Source of the DNA: an uncultured Candidatus Peregrinibacteria bacterium
GTDB taxonomy: Bacteria; Patescibacteriota; Gracilibacteria; Peribacterales; Peribacteraceae
Direction of reading: 5' to 3'
Assembly (NCBI GenBank): GCA_903825315.1
Contig: CAIKAD010000003.1
Coordinates: 11,053-75,052 of the forward strand
Length of the DNA: 64,000 nucleotides
Under the pieces are notes generated by a model. The model was not told the DNA's origin. It saw only the letters and a program-made list of their open reading frames with translations, and made no database searches. A program made the translations under genes and the position numbers. Shown here one piece after another: positions 44,959 to 52,849 of the stretch. Numbering within the stretch: position 1 is the stretch's first letter; the number at the start of each line of letters is the position of its first letter.

Positions 44959-46045
44959 GTGGAAGAACTCCTCCAGAAAATCACCGAGCTTCAGTCCGCC
45001 GTGAATACGGGGAAGGACTCACTTTGAGGCGAGAAACGTGCCAACACAGATCGCGGAGTTGGAGCGCCAGACATTGGAGCCCAGTTTTTGGAATGACCAG
45101 AAGGCGGCACAGGGCGTTTTTGCCAAGTTGAAGGGGTTCAAGAAGCTGTGGGATCCGGTCTCGGAACTGGCACAGGGCCTCCAGGAACTTTGGGAGCTTA
45201 CACAGCATGCCGAGCCTGGCGATGTCCCCAGCCTCGAAGAGGAATACCGGCGGTACCAAGAGTTGTGGAAAGGAACAGAAGTGCAGCTCTACCTCGGTGG
45301 AGAGTTCGACCTGGGAAATTGCTATCTGACGATCAGCAGCGGCGCCGGCGGAACAGAAGCGCAGGACTGGGCATCGATGCTTGTGCGCATGTACCTGCGC
45401 TACTGCGAACGGAAAGGATGGAACGCCAACCTCATGGAAAAAACGGACGGCCAGGAGGCGGGCATCAAGACCGCTACGTTCCACGTGGCCGGTGAAATGG
45501 CGTACGGGAACTTGAAGTGTGAGCGCGGGACGCATCGGCTCGTGCGGCTCTCCCCCTTCAACGCCAAGAACCTCCGCCAGACAAGCTTTGCCCTCGTGGA
45601 AGCGCTGCCGGAGATTGAGGAGACGGACGAGATCGACATCAACCCCAACGATCTGCGCATCGATACCTACCGCAGCGGGGGAGCGGGCGGACAGAACGTG
45701 AACAAGGTGGAGACGGCTGTGCGCATCACACATCTTCCCTCAGGGATAGTGGTCGCCTGCCAGACGGAACGCAGCCAACTCCAGAACCGCCAACGGGCGA
45801 TGAACCTCCTGCGCGCCAAGCTCCTGGAGAAGCAGAGAAGGGAAGAAATGGAACAGAAGGCGGAGCTCAAAGGCGCCACGCAGTCCGCAGACTTCGGTCA
45901 GCAGATCCGCAGCTACGTCCTCCATCCGTACCAGATGGTCAAAGACCTGCGAACGGACACGGAGACGAGTGACACGACAGGCGTTCTCGATGGCGACATC
46001 CAGCAGTTCGTGGATGCGGAGCTAAAGAGGGAAGCCCGGGAATAG
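44959..46045 (+). CDS. prfB: peptide chain release factor 2, requires programmed +1 frameshift at 45022-45028
   Basis: Frame 0 runs from GTG 44959 ([22 protein letters not shown]) to CTT TGA at 45022-45027. The +1 frame continues as [13 protein letters not shown].... SPF and GGQ motifs are present. Confidence 0.9.
45008..45028 (+). other. RF2 recoding site
   Basis: GGGGAAGG (SD-like), 6 nt, then CUU UGA G. Confidence 0.8.
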
Positions 46046-46058
46046 TACGGATAACAAA

Positions 46059-46083
46059 AATGGCACCTCATGGAGGCACCATT
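46059..46083. terminator. imperfect hairpin shared by convergent prfB and the histone-fold ORF
   Basis: aatggCAcctc-atg-gaggCAccatt. The stem has a 2-nt internal mismatch. A-run on one side, U-poor on the other. Confidence 0.4.
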
Positions 46084-46108
46084 CTCGTTGTCAGGTTAAA
46101 CCGGACGA

Positions 46109-46279
46109 TTAAAGATCGTACGGGCGGACCGTTACGCGGCCGTTGTCCTTGGCGCGCTTGACGGCCAGGGCCAATGCCTTCTCGAGGGACGCGGATGCGG
46201 CCTCCGGGAAATCGCCGGCCGTCATCATGCCCTGCTTCTTGAGGTAGTCCTTGATCGCAGATGCTACGACGTAACTCAT
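46109..46279 (-). CDS. 56-aa histone-fold DNA-binding protein (bacterial singlet-histone / DUF1931-like)
   Basis: Not in the ORF track because it is under 60 aa. Sequence MSYVVASAIKDYLKKQGMMTAGDFPEAASASLEKALALAVKRAKDNGRVTVRPYDL. It has GC3-rich codons like its neighbours and a GR.TV...D signature. It displaces the Arg/Pro-rich 95-aa ORF in another frame. Confidence 0.6.
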   Translation of the reverse strand: MSYVVASAIKDYLKKQGMMTAGDFPEAASASLEKALALAVKRAKDNGRVTVRPYDL

Positions 46280-46309
46280 AGGAATGGGGTAAAAGGGTAA
46301 AACAGAGCG

Positions 46310-46337
46310 ATTGTAGGGGCGACTTTGGCCTCTGCAA
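46310..46337 (-). promoter_or_regulatory. candidate promoter of the histone-fold ORF
   Basis: Minus strand: TTGCAG-16 nt-TACAAT, about 30 nt upstream of the ATG. Confidence 0.3.
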
Positions 46338-46602
46338 GTGCATTTTCCTCAACAAATCGCCAATTGCACAAAGAGAGGATACGACTATGAATATCTTACT
46401 TTTACTCTATATAAAGCCAAAATGTCCTATTTTCCAGGCCTGAATTTTAGATTTTTAAGTACTATTTTAAATATTTAGTCAATGAATGAAGACCTGCTAC
46501 GCAGATGGCAGCGCCACGTAATCGCGAGCAGCCACGTAAAGCTCGCTTCGCTCGCCACGTGGCTCGTCAAATCGCTTCTTGCTTCGCTGCGAGCGATTGT
46601 AC

Positions 46603-46723
46603 TGGCGGTGGGAGAGGCCGGCTTCGCCTTCGGCTACGCCGCGCCATGAGCGCTATAACATGAACAAACCGCAAGCCAATCGCAGCGTAGTTCGCAAACG
46701 AAGCCGGATGGCGGTGGGAGAGG
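46603..46723. repeat. 15-nt direct repeat (tRNA-Ser 3' end) flanking a 91-bp mini-palindrome
   Basis: tggcggtgggagagg occurs at 46603-46617 and 46709-46723. The insert 46618-46708 has 9-bp termini ccggcttcg / cgaagccgg. Confidence 0.8.
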
Positions 46724-46799
46724 GATTCGAACCCTCGAACCCCTTTTGGGGGTTACGCGATTTCGAGTCGCGCGCCTTCGACCACTCGGCCATCCCACC
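46709..46799 (-). tRNA. tRNA-Ser (anticodon CGA), CCA encoded
   Basis: The 91-nt cloverleaf was read manually. Acceptor GGTGGGA/TCCCACC. Anticodon stem CGCGA/TCGCG with loop CTCGAAA. Long variable arm CCCC-CAAAA-GGGG. T arm GAGGG-TTCGAAT-CCCTC. Discriminator G followed by CCA. Confidence 0.9.
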
Positions 46800-46888
46800 G
46801 GAAAAAGTGTATCACGAGATTGCGGGAGACAGAACGTCAACACGGGCTCGCACGCAAAAAGGAGTGCTTCCGTGTACAGTGACCGCCG

Positions 46889-47998
46889 ATGCGCCTGCGT
46901 TTCCTCATTCCATGCGTCGGATTCTGCCTCACCCTCGCGGCATGCGGGCAGCAGCCCGAAGCACGGCAGAAGAACCTCCCACAGGAGCCCGTCGTCCGTT
47001 CCGTTCACATCTCGGCTGGCACGGTGGAAACGCCGCCGGAAGACCTGGCGTTTCTCGACCGCTACCAGGTGACGGACCGCAACCTCCTCGGTTTTGTGGA
47101 ACTCACGCCCGCCCCGGCAGAGCGACTCGTGCGCGCCATGTGGTATATGCCCGACGAACGGCAGCCCATGCTAGGCAGCGCCAGCGTGATCCTCACCCCC
47201 AATGCCTTCCTCACCCGCTTCATCCTGTCGAACCCGGAAGACTGGAAGCCCACCCCGCTCCTCCTGCGCGTTACGGTGTCCAAACCCCGAAGCAAGAAGA
47301 CGGTTCTCGGAAGCGGAAGCGTCCAGGTGTACATGGGAATGGACGACGCGGCGGTCACCCAGTACACAAGCGAATACAACGACTGGGTGCGGCGCATGAC
47401 GGAAGGGGAGGAAGCACTGCAACCGGAAGGCGCGCAGGAACGGGAGCTCCTCACGATTGCACAGGAGTACCTGCGGGCACCATCGCCTATCCTCGCGCTG
47501 CGGGTGGACCTCAACGGCGATGCCGTGCAGGACGACCTCTTCCTCGACACGCGCGGCGAGCCGCCCTTCCGCCGCTCCCGCGATCCGGCCATTCTCCTCA
47601 CCGCGCGAGTACGGCAATTCGTAGCGCTCAACGAAAAGGGCGTCGCTCTGCTGCTCCTGCGCGAAGAGGGAAACGGAAGCGGCCGCGTGCTTCGCACCCA
47701 GAGCTGGCCCCTCGGGGCTCCGCTCCCCTCCGCCTCCACCCCCATCACGCTCACCGTCTCCCCGTCGCTGCGCTTCTCCCTCTCGTGGCCGGAACGGAGC
47801 AGGACATGCTCCATCATCGTCGTCCCCCGGGAGAAAGGCTTCCAACAGGAAGCCACCACCGCCTGTGAAGATCCATCCAAGCCCGAAGTACCACCGCAGC
47901 CTTCCAATATGGAGCAGCTCCTCAAGCTTCTTACGTCAGAAATCGTCATGGTGCTGCAGAAGCCCATGAATTTGTTGGGTTCTGTTCTCCCTGAATGA
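46889..47998 (+). CDS. lipoprotein, unknown function
   Basis: MRLRFLIPCVGFCLTLAAC contains a lipobox. 369 aa with normal composition, preferred over the overlapping Arg-rich 429-aa ORF. Confidence 0.55.
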   Translation: MRLRFLIPCVGFCLTLAACGQQPEARQKNLPQEPVVRSVHISAGTVETPPEDLAFLDRYQVTDRNLLGFVELTPAPAERLVRAMWYMPDERQPMLGSASVILTPNAFLTRFILSNPEDWKPTPLLLRVTVSKPRSKKTVLGSGSVQVYMGMDDAAVTQYTSEYNDWVRRMTEGEEALQPEGAQERELLTIAQEYLRAPSPILALRVDLNGDAVQDDLFLDTRGEPPFRRSRDPAILLTARVRQFVALNEKGVALLLLREEGNGSGRVLRTQSWPLGAPLPSASTPITLTVSPSLRFSLSWPERSRTCSIIVVPREKGFQQEATTACEDPSKPEVPPQPSNMEQLLKLLTSEIVMVLQKPMNLLGSVLPE

Positions 47999-48007
47999 AC
48001 AACTGAC

Positions 48008-48099
48008 GAATTGAAAATTGAAAATGAGAAATGGAAAATTCTGAAAGCTATTGAAATCCCGAATGACTTCCATCATTTTCAATTTTTCATTTCCCATTC
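48008..48099. repeat. low-complexity inverted-repeat element (TGAAAAT/GGAAAAT units)
   Basis: ttgaaaattgaaaatgagaaatggaaaat on the left, catcattttcaatttttcatttcccattc on the right. Confidence 0.7.
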
Positions 48100-49069
48100 A
48101 CAAAAGATTCCCTGTTCTCTTCGGGGGATCAATCTTCGGGACATCCAATGCTTTATAGATATCCTCCTCTTCTTTGCTCGCGATCACTCTGTCTCCCTCA
48201 AACAACCCATACTCATTCAACTTCCAGCCTTTTTGGATCGCCTTCTTGCGGAGCGTGATGTTGTGTTCCTTGTCTCCCGTAAAGTAGAGGAGCGCCGCGC
48301 CCCACTGGTCCGGCTGGACAAAGCGGACGTCCACGCGGAGGCCGGACTTCAAATCGAACGAGACTTTGGTGCCGCCGTGTGCAACCACCCGAACAACGAT
48401 GGGTAAAGCGGCAACGGCGTCCGCCACCTTCTGCGTATCCCTGCCGATTACCACAATATCCACATCACCCACCGTCTCTTTGTGCCTCCGGAACGACCCC
48501 GCGGCCTCCACACGTTCTACGCCCGGGATGCTCTCGAGAGTCTTCAAAAGCTTCGCGACATCATCTTCAACATCCTTGCGCGGAAACCGGCGCGAGCGCG
48601 ACTGCACGTTGCGCGCGTTCTCCAGAATCTTCTTCTCCATGAGCTCGGAGAAGCGGGGGAGCGTGCGGAGCTTTCCCGCTTCGGCTGCCTTGATAAGGTC
48701 GGCGACCGTCTGGATGCCCAGTTCCTTCTGGAGGACCCGCGCTCGCCGGGGGCCGAGGTCATCAATCATCAACAGATCCGGCGAGATGCCGCCCTGCTGC
48801 GCGAGGAGATCATCGAGTGCCTTGATTCTCCCCGTCTCGCGATACTCCAGAATCTTCCCCGCAATCGCCTCGCCAATGCCGGGCAGTTCCATCAATTCCT
48901 TCTCGCTCTTGAAGGTCGAAACATCCTGCGGCAGATCCTCGATCACTTTAGCCGCCTTAAAGTACGCAGCCGGTTTAAACTGCACACCCTGCTCCTGCAA
49001 GAGAACACCGATCTGACGGAGGAGCATCCCGATCCCCTTATTTTCCGCCTTCTGCTCATTCTTTGCCAT
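48098..49069 (-). CDS. family X (Pol beta-like) DNA polymerase core, no PHP domain
   Basis: HhH motifs LPGIGEAIAGKI. Nucleotidyltransferase motif GSFRRHKETVGDVDIVV. The ORF ends at the ...IDPPKR linker, where bacterial PolX normally continues into a PHP domain. Confidence 0.75.
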   Translation of the reverse strand: MAKNEQKAENKGIGMLLRQIGVLLQEQGVQFKPAAYFKAAKVIEDLPQDVSTFKSEKELMELPGIGEAIAGKILEYRETGRIKALDDLLAQQGGISPDLLMIDDLGPRRARVLQKELGIQTVADLIKAAEAGKLRTLPRFSELMEKKILENARNVQSRSRRFPRKDVEDDVAKLLKTLESIPGVERVEAAGSFRRHKETVGDVDIVVIGRDTQKVADAVAALPIVVRVVAHGGTKVSFDLKSGLRVDVRFVQPDQWGAALLYFTGDKEHNITLRKKAIQKGWKLNEYGLFEGDRVIASKEEEDIYKALDVPKIDPPKRTGNLL

Positions 49070-49136
49070 GGGAAAAGTATAGCAGTTGAGAAGCGTGATC
49101 TTCTACAAGCAGCAATTGATCTGGCTCTAATAGAAG

Positions 49137-49174
49137 CCGGTCCCCTGAATCTCAGGGGATGAGAAGGGGACCGG
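49137..49174 (-). terminator. terminator-like hairpin with two alternative pairings
   Basis: CCGGTCCCCT...AGGGGACCGG forms a 10-bp outer stem. TCCCCTGA-atc-TCAGGGGA forms an alternative inner stem. Located downstream of the 49201-49395 ORF. Confidence 0.5.
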
Positions 49175-49200
49175 CGAAGTTGGCAGAAAAGGTACATGCG

Positions 49201-49395
49201 TCACTGTTTGCGAACGAGGTTCTCGCCACGAATGAGACTCTCGCCATCAAAGATGACATCACCCTTATCCACGCAGAGGTGCCGACTGGCGCGCTTCCGT
49301 TTCACCTTGCCCTGGCAATGAGGGCAGATGAGCTGCACATTTCCGTGCATCCGTTCCGACGAGGACTCCCGCTCGCGTGCATCCACGATACTCAT
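49201..49395 (-). CDS. small hypothetical protein (64 aa) with one CxxC
   Basis: The ATG at 49395 has AAGGA 9 nt upstream. Sequence MSIVDARE...LICPHCQGKVKRK.... Followed by a hairpin. No family recognised. Confidence 0.35.
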   Translation of the reverse strand: MSIVDARERESSSERMHGNVQLICPHCQGKVKRKRASRHLCVDKGDVIFDGESLIRGENLVRKQ

Positions 49396-50313
49396 GCTGC
49401 GCATTCCTTATACAGGCTGCCAACGATAGTGCCTCCCTTTTATGCAAGGACTTTCTATCCAAGAAAGCCAAGAGACACATCAATTGCTACGACGATAGGA
49501 AAGATCAACTACGAGAAACCCGCTTCGGGGGTCGCGAAATATCTTGATGATGTTATATGTATAATTGTCAATATGTCAAGTATGGATACGTACTGCTAAA
49601 CAAGAAACGCTTACGGAAGCGCAAATATCCCCCTTAGCATCAACATCCCACACAATACCTATGGGCAACGAAGAATACCGAGAGGTACAGAATGGCTGCG
49701 ACTGAATCTGATCTCCAAGGGAGAGCCCTCGACGCACACGAGGCGCGCCGAGGGCAGGGGGGGCGGAAGGAGCTAGTAGCCCCTTTTGTGGTGCATGTTC
49801 CGATGGCTCTTGTGATTCTCGGGATTTACCGGCACTCCGCATTTGGAGCACCGATTACCGGGAAAGTTGATGACCACTTTCGTGGTAACTACCACGGCAC
49901 CAGGTGAACCGCCATTCCTGTTCCTGTCGCGGCGCTGCCGCCGCTGAAAACCGTTTAACGATTTGTGGACGGACACGCAACAGCTCCTTTCGTATTACAA
50001 CAAGGGGGGAGAACAGGTTCATACGCAGAGAACATTGATGGCAAAGACCGCAGAAGGCTCTACATCTACCGTAGGAAAAAAACCTCACCACCGGAAAGTA
50101 CATTCGCTTGTAGATTTTAAAGATAATCTTTTATATCTGTCAATGGTGGCGATGTATCGATACACAGGTACGCCATGGGAAGAGGTCCATTCATTCTTTC
50201 GAAAGACCCCCTTCCATCATCAATGGCACGAAACTTTCTCTGCCTACGCACGTTTCCGCTGCATTGCTCCTGCCGGTAAGGGCAGGGAAGGCAAAGTGGT
50301 TGGAGAAAGGGGA

Positions 50314-51567
50314 TCAGGTGCCCTCCTGCCAGCTACTGAGGTACTTCTTCTGTTCCTCGGTGAGTTCGTCGATCGCAATACCCATCACCTCCAGCTGCGT
50401 CGTGGAAATGAAGTCATCGATCTCCCGCGGAAGCGTGATGACGGTGGGCTTCATGTTTCCCCTGTTCTTCACGAGATACTCACATGCGAGCACCTGGCCG
50501 CAGAAACTGAGGCTCATGACTTCGCTGGGATGCCCTTCTGCCGACGCGAGATTAACCAGCCGCCCTTCGCCGGCAACATACAGAACACGGCCGGACGGCA
50601 TCTTGTATTCGTCAAGGTAATGACGCACGCGACGCTTGGACTTGGCTGTTTTTTCCAGATCCACAAGATCAATTTCGCAGTCGAAATGGCCGGAGTTGGC
50701 GAGCACGGCCCCATCCTTCATCTTCTCCATGTGTTTCACAGTGAGCACGTGGATATCGCCTGTAACGGTGACAAAAATATCGCCCCAGCAGGCGGCATCT
50801 TCCATCTTCATCACCAAATGGCCGTCCATGGCGGCCTGCATCGCCTTGAAGGGATCAACTTCGGTCACTATCACCCGTGCCCCCAACCCCTTCGCGCGCA
50901 TCGATACGCCCTTGCCGCAACTCCCATACCCGGCAACGACGACTGTTTTTCCCGCCACGAGGATATTCGTGGAGCGGAGGATGCCGTCGAACGTGGACTG
51001 GCCCGTGCCGTAGTAGTTATCGAAGAGGTGCTTGGTCTTGTTGTCGTTCACCGCGATCATTGGGCACTTGAGCACGCCATCCCGCTCCATCGCACGCAAC
51101 CGGATAATGCCGGTAGTCGTCTCCTCGCACCCGCCGATCAGGCCGGACAACAGTTCCGGATGCTTGGTATGCAGGAGCGTGACAAGATCACACCCGTCAT
51201 CGATAGTAATGTGTGGCTTGGTCTTTAATACTTCCTCAAGGTACGTGTAGTAGTCCTCCTTCGATTCGCCTTTGTACGCCCACACCTGCACGTCCTTCTC
51301 CTCCGCAAGAGCGGCAGCCACATCATCCTGCGTGCTGAGGGGATTGCACCCGGTGATGGCCACCTTCGCCCCGCCTGCAACAAGAGTCTTGACCAGTATG
51401 CCTGTCTCCTTGGTCACGTGCAGCGCCATGCCGATGGTGAGCCCTTGGAAGGGCTTCTCTCTGGCAAAACGCTCACCAAGCTTGAGCAGCGCACCCATGC
51501 GCTTTTCGGCAATTTCGAGATTGAGGCGGCCTTGCGCCGCTAAAGAGGGATCTTTGACGGAAGACAT
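50314..51567 (-). CDS. ahcY: adenosylhomocysteinase
   Basis: 417-aa ORF with CNPLSTQDDVAAAL, GYGSCGKG and HFDCEID motifs. Confidence 0.95.
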   Translation of the reverse strand: MSSVKDPSLAAQGRLNLEIAEKRMGALLKLGERFAREKPFQGLTIGMALHVTKETGILVKTLVAGGAKVAITGCNPLSTQDDVAAALAEEKDVQVWAYKGESKEDYYTYLEEVLKTKPHITIDDGCDLVTLLHTKHPELLSGLIGGCEETTTGIIRLRAMERDGVLKCPMIAVNDNKTKHLFDNYYGTGQSTFDGILRSTNILVAGKTVVVAGYGSCGKGVSMRAKGLGARVIVTEVDPFKAMQAAMDGHLVMKMEDAACWGDIFVTVTGDIHVLTVKHMEKMKDGAVLANSGHFDCEIDLVDLEKTAKSKRRVRHYLDEYKMPSGRVLYVAGEGRLVNLASAEGHPSEVMSLSFCGQVLACEYLVKNRGNMKPTVITLPREIDDFISTTQLEVMGIAIDELTEEQKKYLSSWQEGT

Positions 51568-51578
51568 GGAACGAGTGT

Positions 51579-51670
51579 AATGGAAAATGAGAAATTGGAA
51601 ATTGAAAATGACAGAAACAACTCAAGAAACAATCATAACTTCCAAATTTTCCATTTTGCATTTTCAATGT
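51579..51670. repeat. low-complexity inverted-repeat element (GGAAAAT/TGAAAAT units)
   Basis: aatggaaaatgagaaattggaaattgaaaatga on the left, ccaaattttccattttgcattttcaatg on the right. Confidence 0.7.
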
Positions 51671-51705
51671 TCATGCGTCAACGCAACAAAGAATCAGACA
51701 ACTGA

Positions 51706-52653
51706 TCAGGGCAACGCAGGGAGCGCCTCCCCATACGCCGTCTCCGCACGGCTGAGGACATCATTCAAATCGAGCTTATCGAGAAGCGTCCCTTCCTGTT
51801 CCACGACAAAGGACGCAACCGAGGCGCCGAGCATACCGCATTGCTTCAAACCCCATTTGGCAGACATCCCCGTAAGGAAGCCTGCGCGGAACGCATCACC
51901 AGCCCCCGTGGGGTTCATGACCTTCTCGGGCTTGCATGCAGGCAACACGATCTGCCCCTTGGAATTGTAGATCGTAAAACCATCCTCCGCCTGCGTGATG
52001 ATGAGGAACGGCGCATGCTCCAGGAGTTGCTCGATACTGAACGATGTTCGCTTGGAAATCAGACTCCACTCGTACGCATTGGCGATGACGCCGGCAGACT
52101 TGTCGATGGCACGCACGAGCTCTTCTTCGGAAAGCGCCATCACTTGCTGACCAGGATCGAAAAGGTAGGGGACTGCGTACTGCTGGCACCATGCCACCGC
52201 CTGCACCATCACACGCGCATCGCGCGGACTGATGATACCCACGCCCACATCGTCGCGTTCCTCGGAAAGGTCAGGGAAACTCCCCGCCGCATCCGCGCCG
52301 GGATGGAAGAACGTAATCTGGTGTTCACCGGAGTCGGTGGCAACAATGGCCGTGGCTGTCACATGGGCCCTCTGCACTTCCACCCGGTTCGTGGCAATGC
52401 CCTTCTCCTCGAGCAAAGCCGTGTACGCACCACCGTCATTCCCTACCGTGCCTACGAGCAGAGGGTCTTGGTTGAGCAGCTTGAGGTTCCACGCAATATT
52501 TGCCCCCGTGCCGCCGTGGTGCCTGGCAAACCGACTCGTGACGAATGCCATGCTCAGTTCATCGAGATGCGCGGGATCGATGGCTTCCGGAAAGGAGCCG
52601 TCGTACTGGAGGAGGAGGTCGTAGGCGATGGAGCCAGATACTAAGATCTTCAT
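51706..52653 (-). CDS. PfkB-family ribokinase-like kinase (adenosine-kinase-like by context)
   Basis: MKILVSGSIAYD and GGTGANIAW. C-terminal NPTGAGDAFRAGFL is the PfkB signature. The ATG at 52653 is preferred over the ORF-track start inside the repeat. Confidence 0.75.
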   Translation of the reverse strand: MKILVSGSIAYDLLLQYDGSFPEAIDPAHLDELSMAFVTSRFARHHGGTGANIAWNLKLLNQDPLLVGTVGNDGGAYTALLEEKGIATNRVEVQRAHVTATAIVATDSGEHQITFFHPGADAAGSFPDLSEERDDVGVGIISPRDARVMVQAVAWCQQYAVPYLFDPGQQVMALSEEELVRAIDKSAGVIANAYEWSLISKRTSFSIEQLLEHAPFLIITQAEDGFTIYNSKGQIVLPACKPEKVMNPTGAGDAFRAGFLTGMSAKWGLKQCGMLGASVASFVVEQEGTLLDKLDLNDVLSRAETAYGEALPALP

Positions 52654-52662
52654 GCAACGGAG

Positions 52663-52691
52663 AGTGTGCCTGTTATTTGTGCGTCTGGCAA
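52663..52691 (-). promoter_or_regulatory. candidate promoter (kinase side)
   Basis: Minus strand: TTGCCA-17 nt-CACACT, then 9 nt to the ATG. The same boxes occur in cassette copy 2. Confidence 0.4.
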
Positions 52692-52820
52692 AGGATGCAA
52701 AGGTTGCAGAAGATGCAGAAGAGGCAGAGGAATGATGATACATCGCTTCGAAAGCAGGGTGATGACTATTCCTCTGCATCCTCTGCTACCCCTGCATCTT
52801 CTGTATCTTTCCTGTGGTCG

Positions 52821-52849
52821 CTGACAACCTCCCACACACCCGCTACACT
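52821..52849 (+). promoter_or_regulatory. candidate promoter (ugd side)
   Basis: CTGACA-17 nt-TACACT, then 6 nt to the ATG at 52856. The same boxes occur in cassette copy 2. Confidence 0.4.

Noticed and set aside
46068-46355. 95-aa minus-strand ORF from the track
   Set aside because: Its composition is Arg/Pro/Gly-rich. Another frame of the same strand holds a 56-aa ORF with a coherent histone-fold-like sequence and gene-like codon usage.
46579-47868. 429-aa plus-strand ORF
   Set aside because: It is extremely Arg/Pro/Ala-rich and runs straight across the tRNA-Ser gene. It overlaps, out of frame, a 369-aa ORF with a lipobox and normal composition. This is a typical spurious ORF in GC-rich DNA.
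49130-49470. Possible RNase P RNA on the minus strand (GAAAGUCC at 49448-49455, CCGGCUU at 49133-49139, UAAGGGUGA-like stretch)
   Set aside because: The two putative P4 strands do not pair: AAGUCCUUG would need CAAGGCUU, not ACCGGCUU. The interval is also better explained by a 64-aa ORF with an SD sequence and a terminator hairpin.
49396-50313. tmRNA, SRP RNA or T-box in the ORF-free region
   Set aside because: I found no tRNA-like 3' end (T loop plus ACCA), no GGAA-tetraloop SRP domain IV motif and no T-box sequence by eye. The region is kept only as an unexplained finding.
51568-51705. SAH riboswitch upstream of ahcY
   Set aside because: The spacer is an AT-rich GGAAAAT/TGAAAAT repeat element. 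It has none of the GC-rich pseudoknot features of SAH riboswitches.
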